Notes under the pieces: model-generated
The model's database searches: none
Seen by the model: only the letters and a program-made list of their open reading frames with translations
What the model was told of the DNA's origin: nothing
Shown here: positions 31,740 through 39,399 of the stretch, piece after piece
Layout of the letters: every line of letters starts with the position of its first letter
How positions within the stretch are numbered: position 1 is the stretch's first letter
Translations under genes and position numbers: made by a program
Assembly (NCBI GenBank): GCA_904063045.1
Contig: CAJFCJ010000192.1
Span: 1 to 39,399 of the forward strand
From: Dimorphilus gyrociliatus
Taxonomy: Eukaryota > Animalia > Annelida
Direction: 5' to 3'
Length of the DNA: 39,399 nucleotides

Positions 31740-33116
31740 TTAGCTTTTTTTGGGTGTAAACCACCATTTTATAGTTTCAATCCAACCATTTCCTAAATTC
31801 GGGATTTTAGTTTTTCTTTCGCCTAACTCATCATCCTCGATTTCTGTATTTTCTATTACATCTCTTAATTTCTTCTCATTTATTTTTTGAGTAACTTGGT
31901 TCGTTAAAGAAGATGGTACATCACTACTCACACTTTCTTTATTTTCTATTTCAGCAATGTCTATTTCATTGGCTATATCTTGTATTCTAGCTTCTTCAAA
32001 TGTTAACTTTTCATTTGAGACTACTTTTAAGCTGTTAGTATCAGTTGTTTTGCTTTCCGTGTTCTCTAACTCACTTAGACATTCTCTTTCATTTCTTAAA
32101 ATGCTCATTGAGTTCCTAAACTTCTTGGCTTCCTCTTTTATTTCTTCCGTCTCTGTTTTTATTTCGTCTTCAAGTTCCGTTTCTAGAAATTCTAGAATAG
32201 AGTGATAAAATTCAGCTATCTTTTCAGAAATAAAAGGATAACTCCATTCAAAAACGTTTTGATGACCAGGTAATATATAAGGATGCTCCTTTGCAGTAAA
32301 CTTTTTAATAGTAATGTCTCTATCGAATACAATAAAAGCGCCGTAATTTTTGTAAGCATCACAATAATTTGGAGCAGAGAATATTGTAATCACTTCTGGT
32401 AGAACATTATACCCTTCAGATTGGACTTCATGTCCTCTAACTATTAATTTTAATCCGTTTTCCTTAAGAAATTTTGTTACTGCTTGTTTACAATACAAAA
32501 AAGAGCATCTTCTTCTCTTGTTTACTACAAATAAATCAATATTGTTAAATTCATAAAATGGATGTGGATCTGACCACAACAAATCTGTCATAAGAGGGTC
32601 TTTATGTGGTTCCTGAAACCTATTAATCTTATTTATGTCATTTACATCGTTTAAATAAGGTGAAATCCCGCCATGTACACAAAACACCTCTTTTTCTAGA
32701 ATCAAAGCTAATGGTAGTGAACTGAATACAGACAAACACTTCTTATAAATCTTATGTGAGTATTTTGTAGTACATTCTTTAGCAAATGTAAAATATGAAG
32801 TCATATCCTCACTCTCATGGTTTCCCCTCAATAACCATACTTTTTCTGGATAGTTTAATTTAAACAGCAAAAGTGCAAATAAAGTTTCTACTGAAAATGC
32901 ACCTCTATCAACGTAATCGCCTACAAATATATAATTAACATTCTTATCGTGATTTTTTATGATGTCATATAAATCATAAAACTGTCCATGAATATCTCTA
33001 AATATATAACTTTTACCTTCGACTCGCAATAAATTAGGTTCTTTTTTAAACCGACATTTGGCTGCATTTAGTATTTCCATTGCTTGTGGTTCTGATAACC
33101 TTCCTTGATTATAAAA
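31740..33116 (-). CDS. CNA1: Calcineurin catalytic subunit (PP2B), 5' end in N gap
   Basis: GDYVDRG, RGNHE, HGG, WSDP, RGHE, FSAPNYC; CnB-binding VFEWSYPFISEK; autoinhibitory-like FEEAR.QD..NE. Frame stays open upstream of the listed ATG (FYNQGRLSEPQA). Confidence 0.92.
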   Translation of the reverse strand, partial: FYNQGRLSEPQAMEILNAAKCRFKKEPNLLRVEGKSYIFRDIHGQFYDLYDIIKNHDKNVNYIFVGDYVDRGAFSVETLFALLLFKLNYPEKVWLLRGNHESEDMTSYFTFAKECTTKYSHKIYKKCLSVFSSLPLALILEKEVFCVHGGISPYLNDVNDINKINRFQEPHKDPLMTDLLWSDPHPFYEFNNIDLFVVNKRRRCSFLYCKQAVTKFLKENGLKLIVRGHEVQSEGYNVLPEVITIFSAPNYCDAYKNYGAFIVFDRDITIKKFTAKEHPYILPGHQNVFEWSYPFISEKIAEFYHSILEFLETELEDEIKTETEEIKEEAKKFRNSMSILRNERECLSELENTESKTTDTNSLKVVSNEKLTFEEARIQDIANEIDIAEIENKESVSSDVPSSLTNQVTQKINEKKLRDVIENTEIEDDELGERKTKIPNLGNGWIETIKWWFTPKKS

Positions 33117-34313
33117 ANNNNNNNNNNNNNNNNNNNNNNNNNNNNNNNNNNNNNNNNNNNNNNNNNNNNNNNNNNNNNNNNNNNNNNNNNNNNNNNNNNN
33201 NNNNNNNNNNNNNNNNNNNNNNNNNNNNNNNNNNNNNNNNNNNNNNNNNNNNNNNNNNNNNNNNNNNNNNNNNNNNNNNNNNNNNNNNNNNNNNNNNNNN
33301 NNNNNNNNNNNNNNNNNNNNNNNNNNNNNNNNNNNNNNNNNNNNNNNNNNNNNNNNNNNNNNNNNNNNNNNNNNNNNNNNNNNNNNNNNNNNNNNNNNNN
33401 NNNNNNNNNNNNNNNNNNNNNNNNNNNNNNNNNNNNNNNNNNNNNNNNNNNNNNNNNNNNNNNNNNNNNNNNNNNNNNNNNNNNNNNNATCGTTTTATTA
33501 TAGCCAGCCTTGTAGCGATAATCTCCTTCCGATAGTCCTTATATCTTCCATAAATAACATAAGCGTGTTAACATCTCTAGTTTTAGATGACAAAGTTACT
33601 AACTTCAATTCATTATTGCATGACAACACAATAAGTCATCACAGCTAATATATTACCTTCTTAGTGTCTTATCCTACAATTAAAGCTTAGAATTCAAGCC
33701 AGATGTTTTGGATCAAGCCCAAAATCGTCCCCTCGGTGGGACGAAGTTGGACTTGTGTCTAACTGCAAAAATACAAAAAAACTAAATAATTGAAAAATCA
33801 ACTATTCAAATAAAAAAGAAAATTTTATAATATAGTGCAAAATTGTACATCTTTAAATTCTAGTAGAAAAAATGGAATACTTAAATAAATCTATAGTATG
33901 TCACATCTAAAAACATAAACATTAATGATATAACAAAATAATATAATCAGAAAAATTTTAATAAATATAACTTTGCGTTGCCCCTTCTATAGCAATTATT
34001 AAATATATAACAGTATTTATTTAAAAATTGTCAACACTTTCCTGCTTGTACGCATTTTCTAACCTTAATCTCTTTTTAAGCAATTGTGAAAAGACTAAAC
34101 TGTCTGAATATGTGTGTCGTTTCGGTTTCAAAATTTTCTTTATGATACACTATATCATACAATTATTATACCCCTCACTTATGAAGCAACCTATCTGTGC
34201 TAGATAAGCTAAAGAAGAAAAAAGTTTAAGAGAAATCATTCAATTGTTCTAATATGCCCCTTGTTGTGGTATAAAAAAAGTAGAGGGGGGATTTTGGACT
34301 TGAGTCTGATTTA

Positions 34314-35781
34314 TAGGGGGTTTCTATCATTAACGTCATATATTCATTCAATAACGACATAAGCCAATCATTAACGACATTATTCAATCAATTACGACAA
34401 GACTATTTTTTGGGAGGTACTTATTCAATCATTAACGACATAAGTCATTCTTTAACGACAGTATTCTATCAATAACGACATAAGCCAATCAATTACGTCA
34501 CTGTGTTTAAAATAATAAAATTCATTAAAATAGTTTATTCTAAAATTATTTCTCCATTTACCGCTTGAATCACATAAGTTTTCATTCTTCTAAAAAATCC
34601 AGCACAGTCTTCAATAGTAATAGCCTCAAATGATGTTCGTATGAGAGTCCTTAGTTCAGGATCATTTGTTGCAGCTCCTCTACGAACAGCATTTTTCCAC
34701 TTCGAGAAAACGTTCTCAATTGGATTTAGAAAGGGTGAATATGGAGGTAAATACACCAATTTTAAGGAGAGTTCTTCAGCCATATCCTTCATTTGAACAT
34801 AGTGGTGGATTCTAGCGTTATCCAGCACAAAGTAAGGGTCAACGATGCCCTTATCAGTGCAAATTTGAGACAAGGTCAAAATAAACTCTTTGAAAATCTC
34901 TCAATTTACGGCACCATCTGTTATATGATGATGGATCATTTCATTTCAAGACATTGCCGCGATAACAGAAACATTTCTGCTCCGGACTTGAGGAACAGTT
35001 ACGTGAGCAGGAGTTCCACGAATAGATCGTCCGAATCGAACTCTGTAGAAACATTATAGCCAACCTCATCTAAAAACACAATTCGGCCTTCTCCTACCTC
35101 AAAGAGTAACCTCTGAAAGTCTATCCGTATTGTTTCCTCAGCTCAATGATTCTTTCAGAATTTCTTCGTTCAGGTACTACTTGAAGAGTCTTTAAAGTAT
35201 AATGAAAACCTCTCAAGCATCGATTAATGGTACTTTCGCTAATATAAATACCTAACTCTATATTTACTCGAGCCTTGAGAGCACTTAAAGTGAGGGTTGC
35301 GTCGTCATCAACCCAGGATCTAATTTGTTCCTTTTGTTGATCTGTTAGCAAAGTCCTCCTATCTCCACCACGCTTCAGGCTATGAGTTCTATTTTCCTTT
35401 ATACACGTAGCTATGATTGTAGCAACGGTACTTCTCGGAAGACCTACAGCTCTTGCTATTTCCGTCTTGCTCATCGATGTTCTAGCATGGCTCATAATAA
35501 GAGCTCTTGTATCATTATTTATTGAACGTCTTCTTTTTTTATTGGTATTTTGATTTTCATCCGACATAGGGTGCAAATTTTTTAAAAAAGAAATCGGCGT
35601 AATTGATTGGCTTATGTCGTTATTGATAGAATACTGTCGTTAAAGAATGACTTATGTCGTTAATGATTGAATAAATACCCAGAAAAAACATAGTTTTGTC
35701 GTAATTGATTGAGTAATATCGTTAATGATTGGCTTATGTCGTTATTGAATGAATATTGTCGTTAATGATAGAAACCCCCTA
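34314..35781 (-). mobile_element. IS630-Tc1-mariner element (DD34E), full length, inactivated
   Basis: 184-bp TIRs (34314-34497, 35598-35781) flanked by TA (exact end ambiguous by 2 nt). HTH ORF, then FLDEVG ... DNARIH ... YSPFLNPIE with 34 residues between D and E. Three stops and one frameshift. Confidence 0.95.
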
Positions 35782-36301
35782 TATATTAAAAAGGGGGGAA
35801 GGGTGGGCGTGGGCCGATGTTTTATCTTTTTCTGTAATGCTGTGAATTTATATGACCAATAAAAAATCAAAAAGATACACACTATGCGTTTTCTTGAGAA
35901 TTAAATGAACTTCGTGTTATAATAATATATAGTTGGTAATTTATTACTGCCCTTTAGCATATTAAAAAAAATATGTTGTTGGTATCCTTTGATCACAACT
36001 AAATAAGCAAGATTTTATCTTTTTATATACTGAACCGTAATAATCATGGTAATTACAGTCCGGGAATGATAATGTACTACAATAAATAGTTTATATTTTA
36101 TAATTTGAAGATTATAGATACATAAGATACACCCTATCTAATTATTGCTGTTTTCTCTTTCATTTATATGTATTACCTACTGTACATTTCTGATATAAAT
36201 GGAGGTATAAATATATCAACTCAAATATTCTATTTTACTTTGAATAGAAATATTTAAATATTTTATTTAAAGTTATATATTAAAAGAGTAGAAGGTTAAA
36301 C

Positions 36302-37415
36302 GGTGCATGCACAATATACCATCCTTTTGAAAAAATAAAAAAATTTAAAAAAATTAAAAAAATTAAAAAAATTTAAAAAAATAAAAAAACTTTAAACTTT
36401 AAACTTTTATTAAAATTAATATTTCACTAAACCGATTGTTTTTTTTAGCTTTATAAATCCATAAAAACTTAGTTAGATGTAAATATTGGTCACGTCTACT
36501 AGCACCATCTTTTCTTCGGAGATGATATTCGATTGAGAGAAAAATCCTTCTATTGTTTGTGTGTAAATAGAAGGATCTCTTGGATCTACAAAGTGATAAG
36601 TGTGATTTACGCTGTCATGTCCATAATTTATATTATCTAATGTGTTGATTCTACTGAATGCAGCATTATAAGCAGCCCATTCATCAGTTATTACTCTTGT
36701 CCCAGGTTCCATATTTTCTATAATTATTCTTCTCACAGTAGATGCATTTTTGTTTTCTACTGGTACAATAAATGCCTTTTTTGCCCTCTTTCAATCCCTG
36801 CTACGTACCATTGTCCATTAGTTATTCTCCCTCTATTATATTTTATTTAAAAATAGACTTTCATCTAATTCACTATTTTAGAAGAGCCATCAGTATCAAT
36901 TCCTCCAAGCTTTTGATTATTTATTATTATATGATTAGCACAGACCTCCCTAACAAAACAAGCCCACTTTAATACTGAATTTTGAGAAACATTTAAATCA
37001 AAGGCAATAACACTTAGTTCAATATTTTCAGAAAGTTTAAACATAATTTTAACTAATATAGATGGTTTCATTCTATAACCTTAAAAAAAGCTTCCATTTC
37101 TTATACTACTTCTTTTTCACAAGTACACTACCGCCGAAACTTATCAATATCTACATTAGAATTGAAAAATCCTCATGTCAATGCTGCATGTAGAACATTT
37201 ACTTTTATTCTTTATTAAGCCTATAGAGGCTAGGAATTCATTGCTTTGTTCTTCATTTTGAAGCCTATAGTATAAATATGACTCCCTGTTGCAGAAAAGC
37301 CTAATTGTGTCGTTATCTAAAAGCTGACACTCATTTACTATACTTTTTCTTACAATTCTCATTTTGAAAGGGGTACCGAGGAATTTTCAAAAGGATGGTA
37401 TATTGTGCATGCACT
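36302..37415 (-). mobile_element. Merlin (IS1595/ISXO2-like) element, inactivated
   Basis: 32-bp TIRs GGTGCATGCACAATATACC..., 8-bp TSD GGTTAAAC (36294-36301, 37416-37423); fragments PGTRVITDEWAAY, SVNH..HFVDP, TQTIEG. Confidence 0.93.
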
Positions 37416-37789
37416 GGTTAAACTTACAAACAAAATGAAACTAAACAGTACTTTTTGGTATCTTCAAATACTTATCATCATTGTGATGTTTTAATCCCCA
37501 TCCCGTTGAAGTTAATATCACGTTTTCGTTCTTTTTAATTACAAAAATTCCATTTTTTTTAATATATAATATTTGCTTATTAATCTATTCTATTGAACTT
37601 TAAAGTATTTTAACAATTTTCTGGAACCAAAAATTAATAGACATCGTATTTGCATTTATATATTTATATAAATACTCGAAAGAGTTTTTTATGATGAGAA
37701 AATCTGGTGTTTAAATTTGCAAAAGCATTTGTAAATTTTATAAAATATTCACTTTTTAATAATTATGAGACCTTTAAAAATATATGATC

Positions 37790-38690
37790 GCACCCTTACC
37801 ACATGTATAATAAAGAAGAAATACGAAACATTATATTTCCAGAAAACTATTTATACAATGTATTAGAGAATCAAAAGCCAATCAATGATTTCGTGGCAAG
37901 TGCTGGAATGATAATAATAAAAATGATTGTTCCGCTTGTAAAGCACTCGTAAGTTATGCTTAATAAACTAAAGAGGGTAATAATTATAATTGGAAATGTG
38001 TATGTAATAAAAAATAAAGTATAAGAAGTTCGAGTTTTTTTCTATGAGTAAATTTAAGCTATCAACAATTATAAAAATTTTATATAAAATTGCGACTGGA
38101 ATTGAGATTCTAAACATTTCGAACGATTTAATGGTAAATAAAAAAATAGTTTCGAACTAGATGAAAAACATTTTAAGGAAGTATGTGCAACGTATATGAC
38201 AGATAACAATGAATTGCTAAGAGGAATAGGTGAATATGAAATCCCAATTACCGTAGAAATAGATAAAAGCTTTTTTTTTAGGCATAAATATAATCGAGGG
38301 TGAGTGATATATGAAATCTATTATCTAGCAGGTATAAAGAGAGTTTCTAATAAATAATTTATTGTACCAACTATTTGTACAAATATAGTTACAATAAAAG
38401 ATAATATTGATACTCACATACTTCCGTGAACTTATATTGTTACAAATTGATGAAGAGCATACAAAGTATCTATAAAAGATCTTAATATGTAGAATAACAT
38501 CATATTTGACAATGATCGTATACCCCACACTTATTTCTTTGTCAAGCTTATAAATCCAAAAATTCACACGCAGAAAATTGAAGAATTTTGTCTAGATCAA
38601 AGTATTATCTGAATAAAAAAATATTGATAGAAATAAATAATATTAGTATTTACTAGAACTTCTGAGGATACAAAAAATAAAGAAAAGAAA
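37790..38690 (+). mobile_element. Second, more decayed Merlin transposase remnant
   Basis: ENYLYNVLEN...FVASAGMI aligns with the first copy's ESYLYYRLQN...FLASIGLI; degenerate VEID.SFF.RHKYNRG and IHTQKIEEF. TIRs not found. Confidence 0.75.
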
Positions 38691-38718
38691 AAATATTTAA
38701 TGGGATTTTAATATTATA

Positions 38719-39399
38719 TAGAGTCTATCAATATAATAATTCTTGCATTCAATATAATAATTTTTTATTTCAACCCCCCTTCCTTAAATGACATTTCATG
38801 AAAAAAAAGTGAAACTAAAAGAAATTCAAGAAAAAGAATAACTGTATCTGATGACGATAGAAAAAGGATAATTGATAAAATCGTGGATGGAGCATCAGTT
38901 AAGGTAATAGCATCTATGCGAAACTTGAACTAGCAAACAGTTAATATTATTGTTAAAAAATACTTGAAACTGGAACAATAACTCATAGTCGTAGAGGAGG
39001 AGATATTCGCTCTAAACTAACAGACCAAATTAAGCCGTATATATTCACAAAAGTGGACCAAAACTGTACAATCACTTTGAAAAGACTTGCATCCTATGTT
39101 GAAACGACGTTTGGTGTAACTGCTTCTCAAAGTATAATTGATAGGTACCTTACAAGCTTTTATTATTCTCTGAAAAAAAGACATGCATCCCATATTATAG
39201 AAATTCAGAGGCTACTATAGAAGGAAGATATGAGTATGCTCTAAACTTCAAAGCACTTGAAGGGTCTATAGATGGCAAGAATCTAATTTTTATTGATGAT
39301 GTAGGGGGGAGTGGTTTCTAGGCCGAAAAGAGAAGTCACTGTCAGGGGAATCTGTCTATATTAGTGTACCTGCAGCAGGAACTAGAAATATATCAATTT
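38719..39399 (+). mobile_element. Second IS630-Tc1 element, decayed, truncated by window end
   Basis: TA|TAGAGTCTATC end with 21-nt-spaced subrepeats; RRGGDIRSKLTD, TITLK.L, FYYSLK, LIFIDD and RNIS parallel the first element. Confidence 0.8.

Noticed and set aside
4862-32205. Antisense or overlapping short ORFs (4862, 8355, 9436, 13204, 18207, 18685, 19347, 19361, 22579, 24829, 29310, 29992, 30062, 30334, 30433, 31608, 31957)
   Set aside because: Shadows of real genes with F/L/I/S-rich composition and no start signals.
33080-33535. ORFs 33080..33535 and 33105..33503
   Set aside because: Artefacts of translating across Ns.
33500-33640. Minus-strand LMLFMEDI resembling an RT YxDD motif, and a TGTGATGA box C
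   Set aside because: No other RT motifs in frame and no downstream D box.

Overview
Very AT-rich eukaryotic DNA with the signature of a microsporidian genome: divergent housekeeping genes, CCC/AAATTT motifs just upstream of most start codons, 23-24 nt GTAAGT introns and a short 5S rRNA. The species cannot be determined from the window. About 20 protein genes are present: UBA4, RPL29, GPI10, a SWIB/SNF12-like gene, PheRS beta, a divergent eIF4E, a PI31-like gene, a GIGYF-like gene, an LRR protein, a FANCJ/RTEL-like helicase, DBP2, RPS13, calcineurin A and several hypotheticals. There are two N gaps (12516-13123, 33118-33488), several tandem arrays hugging gene ends, and five DNA transposon copies (one Ginger-like, two Merlin, two IS630-Tc1 DD34E type). 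The ORF track misses several things: (i) two paralogous multi-pass membrane genes, each split by a tiny mid-gene intron at the same codon position; (ii) a box C/D snoRNA with its own CCC motif; (iii) a GIGYF-like gene two genes from an eIF4E that has lost its cap-binding residues; (iv) a disrupted ricin-B-lectin-like gene; (v) a run of abutting RNA hairpins at 33.7 kb. Protein family calls come from motifs recalled from memory, not from database searches.
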